A stretch of 64,000 nucleotides of DNA from Synechococcales cyanobacterium VAR_4_metabat_354. Its GTDB lineage: Bacteria > Cyanobacteriota > Cyanobacteriia > Cyanobacteriales > Chamaesiphonaceae. The DNA is taken from NCBI GenBank assembly GCA_031414775.1, contig JANOQI010000057.1, positions 37,709-101,708 of the forward strand. Reading direction: 5' to 3'. This document shows positions 9,667-19,791 of the stretch, in pieces (position 1 is the stretch's first letter; every line of letters begins with the position of its first letter). Under the pieces are notes generated by a model. It saw nothing but the letters and a program-made list of their open reading frames with translations. It did no database searches and was not told the DNA's origin. A program made the position numbers and the translations under genes.

Positions 9667-10779
9667 ATGGCTCAGAAATCTGCTACTGCCACAACTCGGA
9701 AAACCAAATCGGCCAGCACTCGACCGGTTGCTCATGAGGGTCTAGCCCTTTCTGACTTGCGAATTAGACTGGAGTTTCTAGAAAAAAATAATGAAAAACT
9801 ACTCAAGCAAATTAATAAAAAACGTACTGAGCTAGAGAATCTGATCGATCGAATTCAAGAGCTTGGCCGCGAATTAGCTCAGCGCAGTGCGCCGGTCTTA
9901 CAACAGCTGTTTGAAATTGACCAACAGATCCATGCCGTTTTTGCCGAGATTTTCAATGGTAGGAAATTGGGTAAACAGACCCGGCAAAACATCCAGCGCA
10001 TCTATCAAAATATGCAGATTTCCGGTCTCATTAGCCCTAATTTGGATGACGCTGGCCAGCCAGATAAAGATGGGATGTTTGATTTTGACATGGATGATTT
10101 CCCTGATTTTGGAGAGGCCGATTCAGAGTGGCCGGGGAATCGATCGATCAATGATTTAGGTGATTCCGCGTCCAAGCCCGATCGAGATGAACTGAAAAAA
10201 ATTCGCCAGTTGTTTTTGCGCTTAGCTGATGTCTTTCACCCGGACAAGGCCGGAGTCGATGCCGATCAGGAATATCACGCCGAGGTGATGAAGGAAATTA
10301 ACCAAGCTTACCAAAATGGTGATTTGGCAAAGCTACTGGCGATCGAAAAACAGCATCAGATGGGAGAAATGATCGATCGCGATAACGAAGATGATCTAAC
10401 GCGGCGTTGCGCTCGCGTCGAGCAAGAAAATGAATTTCTCCAAAGCCAGTTTGATAGCCTCAAACAAGAACTACGGCTAGCGAAGAATTCCCAGGAAGGA
10501 GCAATGGCCACAGAACATCGCCAACTAATCAAAGCTGGCATTGACCCGATTAGTGATGCGATTGCTGAAGCCGAAGAGCAATGCCAACTAGTAAAAGATG
10601 TTCACGAATTTGTAGTTAAATTTCGCGATAAACGGATCACCATTAAAGAGTTTTTGCTGGGACCACCCATACTTCAGCAGCCGGATGAAATTGATATAGA
10701 AGAATTATTGATGGAATATTTAGAGTTTTCGGATATGCCACGATACGCCAAAACCCAACCACCACGGCGTAAAAGGTAA
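9667..10779 (+). CDS. Coiled-coil protein with an internal J-domain
   Basis: LADVFHPDK...MKEINQAY flanked by heptad-rich segments. Confidence 0.8.
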   Translation: MAQKSATATTRKTKSASTRPVAHEGLALSDLRIRLEFLEKNNEKLLKQINKKRTELENLIDRIQELGRELAQRSAPVLQQLFEIDQQIHAVFAEIFNGRKLGKQTRQNIQRIYQNMQISGLISPNLDDAGQPDKDGMFDFDMDDFPDFGEADSEWPGNRSINDLGDSASKPDRDELKKIRQLFLRLADVFHPDKAGVDADQEYHAEVMKEINQAYQNGDLAKLLAIEKQHQMGEMIDRDNEDDLTRRCARVEQENEFLQSQFDSLKQELRLAKNSQEGAMATEHRQLIKAGIDPISDAIAEAEEQCQLVKDVHEFVVKFRDKRITIKEFLLGPPILQQPDEIDIEELLMEYLEFSDMPRYAKTQPPRRKR

Positions 10780-10833
10780 GTAAACGCTGTCGGTCTCAAT
10801 ATAGTTCTTTGTGACCAAATTGAGGATAACAAC

Positions 10834-13080
10834 ATGTCAGTAGATCCAAAGCTAAATAAATCGCCCGACAAGCCAACGATGGGAGGCGGCTTCCCCATTA
10901 TTAGATATTGGGCTGAACAAACGATCACACCCACTGGCAGCAAACTATGGCAAATCCTCAATCACAAAAGTGCCTGTCTGTCTTGTGCCTGGGGCACCGG
11001 TGGCCAAAAAGGGGGCTTTGCCAACGAACTCGGTGAAACTCTCCAGCGTTGCGCGAAAAGTGTCGAAGCGATCGCGGCTGAATTGCAACCGGGGATTGAA
11101 AAACATTACTTCGATCGGCATAGTTTAAATGAACTTCAGAGCTTAACTTCCCTAGAGTCCGATCGTCTGGGAAGGCTGAGTTTTCCCGTAATTAAACGAG
11201 CGGGTAGTAGTCACTATCAAAGAATTAGCTGGCCAGAAATTTATCAGATTGCCGCCACGGCCTTTCGTCAACCAGCCCATCGAGTGGCTTCCTATAGCTC
11301 TGGTCGTTCTTCCAACGAGGCCGCTTTTTTACTGCAGTTAATGATGCGATCGATCGGTTCTAATCACTTAGCCGATTGCTCCGATCTCTGTCATGTCCCC
11401 TCCACCATTGGCTTACAGAATATGTTTGGCACTGGCACCTCGATGGTTAGCCTAGAGAGTCTCCGTCAAGCCGACTGTGTGGTGCTGATTGGTTCCAACG
11501 CCCCCGCGAACCATCCCCGCCTCATGAATGAACTAATTGCCTTGCGCGATCGCGGTGGTCAGGTGCTGGTGATCAATCCTATCGTTGAAGTAGGACTGGT
11601 AAAATTCGCCTCGCCCGCCCATCCACTCACTTCCCTATTAACCGGTTCAGAGATTTCTTCCCTCTATTTGCAGCCCATTCCCGGCAGCGATGTAGCATTG
11701 TTCGTCGGAATTCAAAAGGCTCTTATTGAACACAACCTCATTAAACCAAATTATTTGGAGGCTCATACGATCGACTGGCCAGCAGTAACCCAGCAAGCAC
11801 AAGCCACCAGTTGGCAGCAAATTACTAGCACTTGTGGTGTGGAGCAGAGTGCCATCGAAGCAGCAGCACGAATGATTGGTCAAGCTCAGGCGGTAGTTTT
11901 TGCTTGGGCGATGGGGGTCACCCAGCAAACCAATGGAGTAGACAATGTCCATGCGATTGCTAACACGGCCTTGCTCACTGGTAACGCCGGTTGGAAAGGT
12001 ACTGGCTTAATGCCCATTCGTGGCCACTCCAATGTCCAGGGCTTTGGTTCCATGGGAGTAACAGCGCATTTGCAACCCCGGATTTTGCAGGCGCTAGAAA
12101 AATTACTGGGTCGTCCGCTCAATTCCCAACCGGGCTACCGCACCCGGCAATTAATTGACGCCGCGAATGCCAACCAGGTGGATACCCTGATTTGTTTAGG
12201 CGGCAATCTCTACGGCGCGAATCCTAACCTAGCAGAAGCTCAAGCAGCGCTCGGCAAAATCGAGACGATTATCTACTTGGCCACCAAACCCAATCCAGGA
12301 CATTTCCACGGCCTAGCCAAACAAAACACGATTATTATTCCGGTCTTTAACCGCTTTGAAAATCCCCAGGCTACCACTACAGAATCTGGTAACAATTTTG
12401 TGCGGCTCAACAATCCAGGAACTACGCATTTAGACCAAGCTGATTTAATTGCAGAAGTAGAATTTATTGCCCAGCTAGCCCACCAATTACATGGAGAGCA
12501 ACCAATTGATTGGCGGTTGTTGCAAGATCCAGTTTATGTTCGACAATTAATTTCCCAGACTATTCCAGGCTATGAAAAGATTGCGGAGATCGATCGAACT
12601 AAAACGGAGTTCACCATCTCAGGCCGGATCTGCACCGCTGGCGAATTTCCGACCCCAACAGGCAAAGCCCAGATGTTTGTGACCCCGCTTCCCAATTTAG
12701 ACTTACCAATACCCGCTCAACCGGGCGGTGATGGGACGGGCATTATGCTAGCACTAATTACTGGTCGTAGTTATTCTCAGCACAATACAGTGGTTTATAA
12801 AGAGGGCGATCGCTATCGCGGGATGCCCCATCGCAATTGTATTTTGATGAATGCTACAGATGCGCAGGCTGCTAATTTTGCAGAGCATCAACGGGTGACA
12901 GTGCAAGGAGATGCCGGTCAGCTGGAGCAGGTGGAGATCATTTTGGGGGATGTGCGATCGGGAGCCGCTTTGATGTTTTATCCCGAAGTCAATGTGATTT
13001 TCCAAGCACGTACCGATCCAAAGTCTAGGATTCCAGCATATAAGCGAGTACCAGTTTGGGTATATCCGACAGTCGGATAA
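10834..13080 (+). CDS. FdhF/YdeP family molybdopterin oxidoreductase
   Basis: CLSCAWG, YSSGRSSNEA, DCSDLCH, PIRGHSNVQG, TGRSYSQHNT. Confidence 0.9.
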   Translation: MSVDPKLNKSPDKPTMGGGFPIIRYWAEQTITPTGSKLWQILNHKSACLSCAWGTGGQKGGFANELGETLQRCAKSVEAIAAELQPGIEKHYFDRHSLNELQSLTSLESDRLGRLSFPVIKRAGSSHYQRISWPEIYQIAATAFRQPAHRVASYSSGRSSNEAAFLLQLMMRSIGSNHLADCSDLCHVPSTIGLQNMFGTGTSMVSLESLRQADCVVLIGSNAPANHPRLMNELIALRDRGGQVLVINPIVEVGLVKFASPAHPLTSLLTGSEISSLYLQPIPGSDVALFVGIQKALIEHNLIKPNYLEAHTIDWPAVTQQAQATSWQQITSTCGVEQSAIEAAARMIGQAQAVVFAWAMGVTQQTNGVDNVHAIANTALLTGNAGWKGTGLMPIRGHSNVQGFGSMGVTAHLQPRILQALEKLLGRPLNSQPGYRTRQLIDAANANQVDTLICLGGNLYGANPNLAEAQAALGKIETIIYLATKPNPGHFHGLAKQNTIIIPVFNRFENPQATTTESGNNFVRLNNPGTTHLDQADLIAEVEFIAQLAHQLHGEQPIDWRLLQDPVYVRQLISQTIPGYEKIAEIDRTKTEFTISGRICTAGEFPTPTGKAQMFVTPLPNLDLPIPAQPGGDGTGIMLALITGRSYSQHNTVVYKEGDRYRGMPHRNCILMNATDAQAANFAEHQRVTVQGDAGQLEQVEIILGDVRSGAALMFYPEVNVIFQARTDPKSRIPAYKRVPVWVYPTVG

Positions 13081-13278
13081 ATTTTTATAGTTAAAAGGAA
13101 AGATCTTAAATTGATTGCCAAATCTAGGTATTCTAGGTGTGCTGTGTAAGCTATGTAAATTTACTGAGTAAAAAATTGCTTATTTTGGGAAGTTCCGTAG
13201 ATCAACCCTATTGACTCGATCGCCATTTAGGGAAAATGTGAATGTTCAAAACATCACATCTACTAGTTACCAACCCCG

Positions 13279-14079
13279 ATGGCCACTGCAAACGCTGCTA
13301 CCCCCGCTGCCGACAATCGCAACACGGAATCAATATCCTTATTGATGACCTATCACGAAAAACCGAGTGTCCCGGTTCGCAACAAATTAGTCCTACTCAA
13401 TGCTGGTTTAGTTCGACAAGTAGCCCATCGTTTGAGTCGCCAGTGTGTAGAAAATTACCAAGATTTAGAACAAATTGGTTACTTAGGCTTGATTCGAGCG
13501 ATCGAGCGATTCAATCCTTATCAAGGCTGTGCCTTTAGCTCCTTTGCCATCCCCTACATTCGCGGCGAAATTCTGCACTTTTTACGGGATCGGAGCAGTG
13601 CCGTCAAGATTCCCCGCCGCTGGCAAGAACTAAAAAGAGAAGGCGAAAAAATGCGGCAACATCTCACCTTAATTCTCGATCGGAAGCCCAGCGATGTCGA
13701 AATTGCTGATGCCCTGCAAGTTACCATTGAAGAATGGTGCGCAGCCCAAGCCGCTGATCGCAACCGTCAAACTTTGAGCTTAGATGCCACGATCGGTCAC
13801 ATGATGGATTATCCAGTAACTTTAGGTGATAGTCTTCCTGATATTTATGAACAGAATCGGCAACATGTAGAAGAAGAACGTCAACAGCTGGTAGGTATGA
13901 TTAATCAGCTAGAGCGAAAAACGCAACAGGCGATCGAATGTGTCTATATCCAGGGGATGCCGCGAAAAGAAGCTGCCGAAAAAATTGGTGTTAGTCCCAT
14001 GACTGTTACCCGCCACTTGCAAAAAGGAGTCAAACAGCTCTCCACCATGATGAATAACAATTGTAGTGTGGCAATCTAG
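13279..14079 (+). CDS. sigF: Group 3 sigma factor, SigF/SigJ family (from memory closer to the SigJ type)
   Basis: DLEQIGYLGLIRAIERF, AFSSFAIPYIRGEI, region 4 HTH GVSPMTVTR. Confidence 0.88.
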   Translation: MATANAATPAADNRNTESISLLMTYHEKPSVPVRNKLVLLNAGLVRQVAHRLSRQCVENYQDLEQIGYLGLIRAIERFNPYQGCAFSSFAIPYIRGEILHFLRDRSSAVKIPRRWQELKREGEKMRQHLTLILDRKPSDVEIADALQVTIEEWCAAQAADRNRQTLSLDATIGHMMDYPVTLGDSLPDIYEQNRQHVEEERQQLVGMINQLERKTQQAIECVYIQGMPRKEAAEKIGVSPMTVTRHLQKGVKQLSTMMNNNCSVAI

Positions 14080-14086
14080 CAATTAG

Positions 14087-16171
14087 TTATTTTTCTGGCT
14101 GGAGATCATCCACTCGATCGATAATCGTCAGTTGTCCACCGCGCAAGTCTTGGTAATCAAATTCTACGCGGCGATCAAGAGCATAAGGCTGGTTTCCCTG
14201 TTCATTGCTACGGCGTTTGTTAAATCCAAAAGAACGCGTTGTCAACCGTTGGGAAGCAATACCCTGCTTCAGTAGATAGTTACGAACTGCTACTACCCGG
14301 CGCATTCCTAAAGCTTGGTTATAGGCTTGGGAGGCACGAGGATCGGTATGACCAGACAAATCCACAGAAATGTAAGGATGGTCTTTTAGCACCCGGGCAA
14401 TTTCGATTAGTACTCGCGCCGAAGCTGGGCTAATAGTAGATTTGTTTAAGGCAAAATGCACATTGCGCGAAATGGTGAGCTTAGTCACAATCGAGGGTGA
14501 CACAACTGCCAACGGTGGTGTAGGAACTTCATCTGGCGACTTCACTGTCAAAGAAGTCTCGGCCAGAGCACAATCGGCTGGAACCAGGTAAGTAGCTTTA
14601 GGCTTAACAGCAATACCCGGCATTGTAATCACGATATTATCAGCTGGTTCGGAAGTACCATATTTACGATCGCTGGCAATCGCACTTACAACAGTACCAG
14701 GCAATAAATTTTGGAAAGTAGCTTGGAAGCGACCCTGGGAGTCGGCCATCACCTTTTTCAAGGGTTGAGATAGCGGCCCATTATTACTATCATCGGGGTT
14801 GACTTGATAAATTTCCACTTCCGAGCCAGGATCAGCAACTCCATCTAAATTGACGCGATCGCCAATCAGATAAAATTCTGAGGCTAAAAAGCGGGGGGCA
14901 TTAATGGCAGCATTCCCAGTATCGGAACGACGATTTTCGGTATTACGCGGCGGGTTAAGGCCATCACCATTTTGGAAGTCTTCGACAGCTTCGTTCCGAT
15001 AAGTAATTAGATCAATACTTAAACCAGCGATTTTTTGAAAGCGATTGTTCGTAATCAGGTTGCGCCGGGATAAAGATTCTTCACTGGCAGCAAAAGCTGT
15101 AACGGCCACCCCAGAACCATTTTGGAATTCGATCGAGTTGTTAGTGACCTGGTGATCGTTGCCCATTAAGTAGATAGCCGCTCGCCGTAACCGCCGACCA
15201 TTAGATTGCAGATGATTATTAGTAATTTTGACACTGCCAGCAGCAGGCTTAAAGACAAAAATTCCGCTACCATCGTTACCACAAATCAAATTACCTTGAA
15301 TTTTGTTTTGTCTCAAATTGCCTTCTAAGCGAATAGCATCAGGCATGCCTTGCGAGCCATTGCCGAAAATAGCGTTATTGGCAATTAATAAATTGTTGGC
15401 ATTGGCTTGGCTAATAATACCACTAGCACTATGGTATCCGATCGCATTGTGCCGAATCGTGGTGCCTTGGGAATTAAATACATACACCCCAAAATCGGAG
15501 GTTTGGTCAGGGATATTCCGATTAGGTAGAATACCTAGCCAGTTATTTTCAATTAGCACCCGCTGGGGAGCCGACCTGTCATCAAGCTGGGGGTAATTAC
15601 TGGTACCGACAAAAATATCTGCAGCTGGGATGTTTTGGGTCGCAGCTTGGTTGCCGACCCGAAAGCCATAGATACTCAGACCAGTCACCGTAATATCGTC
15701 AGCCATAATCGACAGACCACGATTAATTTGCTGGCCGGGAGCCGGAGTAATTTCCACCGACGGCGTAGCAAAAGTCAGATTTTGAATAGCTGCTTGGCTA
15801 CGGCTCTTGCCACCATCGATCGTCACTTTACTCTTAATAATCGCCGGTAGTTCGGAGCGCAGAGCAATCTGGCTTTGGCCTTCAGATAATTGAAATTCCA
15901 GAAGATGACCGTTAGCGTTGGTCAGTACTTTTACTTGAAGTTGTTCAGCAGGGCTGAGTCGATCGAACTGAAGTTGGCCATTACTGATACTGATGGCTTC
16001 TCTCAAAGTGAGAAATTGATCAGCAACAATTTCATCGCGATTACTGTTGATAGTAATTTTGAAATATTGCTCTGGAGCCGCGAGACTGACTGATGGCCAT
16101 AGTCCTACTAGACTAACCAGAAACAGCCGCGACAGGGAAGAATAACTAATCGGGAATAAAGTGTTTTTCAT
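14087..16171 (-). CDS. Secreted beta-helix (pectin-lyase-like) + Ig-like + C-terminal OmpA peptidoglycan-binding protein
   Basis: Signal peptide, CSLREA-like LTLREAI, Asn-ladder repeats (NNAIFGN, GNLICGN), VHFALNKS..GHTD..RRVE. Confidence 0.85.
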   Translation of the reverse strand: MKNTLFPISYSSLSRLFLVSLVGLWPSVSLAAPEQYFKITINSNRDEIVADQFLTLREAISISNGQLQFDRLSPAEQLQVKVLTNANGHLLEFQLSEGQSQIALRSELPAIIKSKVTIDGGKSRSQAAIQNLTFATPSVEITPAPGQQINRGLSIMADDITVTGLSIYGFRVGNQAATQNIPAADIFVGTSNYPQLDDRSAPQRVLIENNWLGILPNRNIPDQTSDFGVYVFNSQGTTIRHNAIGYHSASGIISQANANNLLIANNAIFGNGSQGMPDAIRLEGNLRQNKIQGNLICGNDGSGIFVFKPAAGSVKITNNHLQSNGRRLRRAAIYLMGNDHQVTNNSIEFQNGSGVAVTAFAASEESLSRRNLITNNRFQKIAGLSIDLITYRNEAVEDFQNGDGLNPPRNTENRRSDTGNAAINAPRFLASEFYLIGDRVNLDGVADPGSEVEIYQVNPDDSNNGPLSQPLKKVMADSQGRFQATFQNLLPGTVVSAIASDRKYGTSEPADNIVITMPGIAVKPKATYLVPADCALAETSLTVKSPDEVPTPPLAVVSPSIVTKLTISRNVHFALNKSTISPASARVLIEIARVLKDHPYISVDLSGHTDPRASQAYNQALGMRRVVAVRNYLLKQGIASQRLTTRSFGFNKRRSNEQGNQPYALDRRVEFDYQDLRGGQLTIIDRVDDLQPEK

Positions 16172-19100
16172 GGCGCTGACGACTCCTGTTTTTGAACGGG
16201 GGTCAACGATGGTTGACTAACATCCCCAGTGACTTGTGACTCTTTCTTGGGAGGATTTAACGGTTGTTGTGAACTAGCATTCTTAGTCACTTGCGATTCC
16301 TGTTGTTGAACAGGGTTCAACTGTTGACGACCAAAGCCGCCAAATAATTCATTAACTTTGACAGTCAAGCCGACATATGGACCATTGGCATTCCGACCAC
16401 CGCCATTCGGGTCATCAGATACCCCTAAGCTATAGCCAGCGGAGAGCCGCAAATCGGGAGTGAGATAGTAGCCAGCTTCGATCGCTGCACCAACTTCACT
16501 TTGGCCAGTGGCGAATTGATTCAACCAGCGCACATCGCCAGTCAGATCCCAGTTGTAGCCGAGGCGGTAAGTAGCCCGCAGTTGACTGATGCCGATGGCA
16601 CTTCCCGCTGTCAGGGACTCATCCAGATAACTGGTAGCGTTACGCAAAGCATATTTGCCTGCAAATTCCCATTGCCAGTTCGGGGCATAAATTCCTTCTA
16701 AGGCTAAGGTGTGGTCTTCGGAGCCAGTACCGACACTGGTTAAGATACTAGTAGGCAACAAGGATGGATTTTTGCGATATTGATAACTGAGAAAGCCATT
16801 AAATTCATCGCTAACTGGATTGCGGAAGGCCATGCCCAGCTTGAGGTTAGTGGTAGCTCCCAATTGGCTAGTAGTTCCCGATCCAGCATCCCGAATAATC
16901 TGGTTGGCGGCACTGGATTGCTGGAATCTAAACAGAGCAGTCAATTCGGGTGTTAGCTTACCCGTGGCACCAGCCGAGATGTTGCTACTGCTTGCTAAAT
17001 TAGAATTGCGGTATTCATAACGAGCATTAGCTTGGAAATTGGGGTTGTCGGTATAATTGACAGCCACACCATAACTATCGCCGCTAGTTACCCCTAATGA
17101 AGACGACGTTTGGCCTAAGCTATAGGGTTGAGAATATTGCTGACCAGCACCAGTAGAAACATTCACGCCACCACCAATCACTCGATCGTAATTCAGGTCT
17201 AGCTTTAAACCAGGACTGAGGACAATCCCTTGCTGCATTCCTACTGATCCGATCGATTGAAACGGACTGAGTGAATAGCGGCCTGTCACCTTAGTACTAG
17301 GAGTCAAACTATAACTACTGTCGAAATCCAAACTCGTATAGCTAGTATCACCATACTGGGCACTGGAAATCAGGTTTTGACTGAGGCCAAGTTTGATGCC
17401 GGGGAAGACTGTCCAGTCAATGCCTAAGGCACTACGGTTCGGATAAACAACATCTTGCTGGCTGCTCAGGTTGGTTTCGTTTTGAGCACGTAAGGCCAGA
17501 GTATTAGTCAGTGGCCAGCTAAAGCGCGATCGAATCTGATCGGAAGACACATTGGCTTGATTTGGATCTAGTGTCAATCGGTCTTGACGATTACGATTGA
17601 CATAATCCACATCTAAAGTGGCGGTGCCAAACCGCTGCTGAACACCAGCTGTAATGGTTCTTAAGTCATTATCAACTAAGCCAGTTGCCGGATTGACGGG
17701 AGTAAGTAGGTTGGCAATGTTGCCATTAACCAACGGTGGCGCACCCCGATTTTCTTCTCGATCGACCTGTAACTTTAAGCTAGTGCTGTCACTCAGCCTG
17801 GTTAACAGATCGGCACCGTAGCGAGTTTGACCCGGTACAAAGCTGGTAGTAGCATTATTGGCAAAACCCGCTTCGCTACTGCGTAGATAAGCACGACCGG
17901 TAGTAGCATCGCTAAATTTAAACTGGCCTTCCAGGCGCATCGCGCTGCCAGTAATGGGGCTACCAGCTCCGGTATTGTTAGAAGATCGAGCATATTCAGC
18001 CACGATATTACTAGTGGAACCCAGAGAAATCAGGGCATCCGCACCAAGAATACTAAAGTCGCGAATACCTTGATTCTCTTGTGTCCAGCTGGCACCGATC
18101 CAACTTTCTTGACCAGCCGATCGATTGAGATTGTATTGAGCGCGACCACCATAAATATTGCTATTAGTACCGCTAGCATACTGATAAGTAGCCACTAAAC
18201 GACGCACTAAGATAGTGCCATTATCAGCAACACTCGTCCGTAATAGAGGACGACGGAGTAAGATGGTACCTCGATCGTAATCTACCTCGTAGTCTAGACC
18301 TCGATTCAGAAACTCTTGTTTAACCACAGTGCCTGGTCGATCGAGTTCTTCTGATTCGATCATCAGGTTTTCGCTACCACCCAAAATCAGGCGCTGCGAC
18401 AAGAAATAAATGCCACTGGTGCCATCGGGGGCAATATTGTCCCGCTGGAAGCCCTGGACATTATCACCATAGAAGCCACTTACTAAAAGGTCACCAAAGT
18501 TGTAGTTTAGTTTAGCACCGTGCAAGTTGCGGTTGGTGGCGGTGAATTGCTGCGATCGATTAGCAAACTCGTTGGTGCCATAATCGCCCCACATGGCCAT
18601 ATTTGGCACATTTCCTAACACCCCAGTAGAGCTTTCTACTTTTAAGAAAACGCTATCGCGGGAAGGAGTCAACACGTCTACTTTAGAAGTATCACCATAA
18701 ACTGGATAAACTTCTTCGCAAGATTGACTACTGTAAGTATCACGAGAGAGTCGATCGTTAGTACCACACAGTTTATTAAGTGGCCGATCGGTATTTAGAG
18801 CACCAGTTACCGCCCAGTCTCCAATGCGACTAGTGGCAAAAGCCTGGCCTCGTACTTGGAGTTGAGTACTATTATCTCGATCGATCGGCAAGAATTCGGT
18901 GAAAGGCCGATAGTAATCGGTACCCCGCGCTCCCAGGCGGAAGTCTACTACACCAGTAGCGATCGAACTGCGTAAGTTGGTTTCAAACTGTACCTGGGCA
19001 AAGGCTTCCAGATTTAGGTTGGTGGCACGGACGCGGACTGTTTGGGCATCTAAGCCTGCTCGCAACTTGGCAGTGAATCTTCCTTTTTGGACAGGTACCT

Positions 19101-19788
19101 GAAATCCCGGTTGATCCTTGTTAGTGTCAATACCGGCAAACTCACCAGCACTAGTATAGAGAGTAACGATGCCATCTTGTTTGGTAACGTTACCATTGTC
19201 ATCGAGTAGCTGACCATCTAAGTTAACTAGAGACCGACCATCAGCTGGAATGCGAGTTTCGGCGCTGTTCAGTTGGATCTTAGTTGGTGTCCCGGTTACT
19301 TGGATCGTAGTGGTGGATACTTCGCCTTGGCTGGTTTTGGCGGTAACAGTATTTTTACCAGCACCGAGGGATACCCCATACCAAGTCTGGGTAATTAGCT
19401 TAGTGCGGCTATCAGTTTCGGTACGACCAATTAGTTTACTATCGACTGGTTGATTGTTGACTTTTAGCTCAACTGTGCTACCAACTTGATATTGTAAAAC
19501 GACGGTAGTCGCTGGAATATCTAAGACACTATTGGGGGTAGGAGCCAGAATCTGGACGGCTGGCGAACGCTGATTTTCAGGAGCGGGCGGTGCTGGCGCT
19601 GTTCCTACAGGAACAACTATAGTAGGTGTAGCTGGTGAAATATTTTGTTCAGCTGGGGCTGACGATTTCACTGGTGCCACGGCATCAGTTTGAGCAAGGG
19701 CAGGGTTGACTAGTAGCAGTCCGAGGCTACTAATTGCTGTACCCAGGCATAAAGCTCTGAGCATTGTGACTATCAGTTGATGCTGCAT
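16168..19788 (-). CDS. Large outer-membrane beta-barrel protein with N-terminal Ig-like domains
   Basis: Signal peptide, Pro/Ala linker, IPADGRS (Big_1-like), YPVYGD, then a long run of amphipathic beta strands ending GPYVGLTVK. Confidence 0.75.
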   Translation of the reverse strand: MQHQLIVTMLRALCLGTAISSLGLLLVNPALAQTDAVAPVKSSAPAEQNISPATPTIVVPVGTAPAPPAPENQRSPAVQILAPTPNSVLDIPATTVVLQYQVGSTVELKVNNQPVDSKLIGRTETDSRTKLITQTWYGVSLGAGKNTVTAKTSQGEVSTTTIQVTGTPTKIQLNSAETRIPADGRSLVNLDGQLLDDNGNVTKQDGIVTLYTSAGEFAGIDTNKDQPGFQVPVQKGRFTAKLRAGLDAQTVRVRATNLNLEAFAQVQFETNLRSSIATGVVDFRLGARGTDYYRPFTEFLPIDRDNSTQLQVRGQAFATSRIGDWAVTGALNTDRPLNKLCGTNDRLSRDTYSSQSCEEVYPVYGDTSKVDVLTPSRDSVFLKVESSTGVLGNVPNMAMWGDYGTNEFANRSQQFTATNRNLHGAKLNYNFGDLLVSGFYGDNVQGFQRDNIAPDGTSGIYFLSQRLILGGSENLMIESEELDRPGTVVKQEFLNRGLDYEVDYDRGTILLRRPLLRTSVADNGTILVRRLVATYQYASGTNSNIYGGRAQYNLNRSAGQESWIGASWTQENQGIRDFSILGADALISLGSTSNIVAEYARSSNNTGAGSPITGSAMRLEGQFKFSDATTGRAYLRSSEAGFANNATTSFVPGQTRYGADLLTRLSDSTSLKLQVDREENRGAPPLVNGNIANLLTPVNPATGLVDNDLRTITAGVQQRFGTATLDVDYVNRNRQDRLTLDPNQANVSSDQIRSRFSWPLTNTLALRAQNETNLSSQQDVVYPNRSALGIDWTVFPGIKLGLSQNLISSAQYGDTSYTSLDFDSSYSLTPSTKVTGRYSLSPFQSIGSVGMQQGIVLSPGLKLDLNYDRVIGGGVNVSTGAGQQYSQPYSLGQTSSSLGVTSGDSYGVAVNYTDNPNFQANARYEYRNSNLASSSNISAGATGKLTPELTALFRFQQSSAANQIIRDAGSGTTSQLGATTNLKLGMAFRNPVSDEFNGFLSYQYRKNPSLLPTSILTSVGTGSEDHTLALEGIYAPNWQWEFAGKYALRNATSYLDESLTAGSAIGISQLRATYRLGYNWDLTGDVRWLNQFATGQSEVGAAIEAGYYLTPDLRLSAGYSLGVSDDPNGGGRNANGPYVGLTVKVNELFGGFGRQQLNPVQQQESQVTKNASSQQPLNPPKKESQVTGDVSQPSLTPVQKQESSAP

Positions 19789-19791
19789 GAC

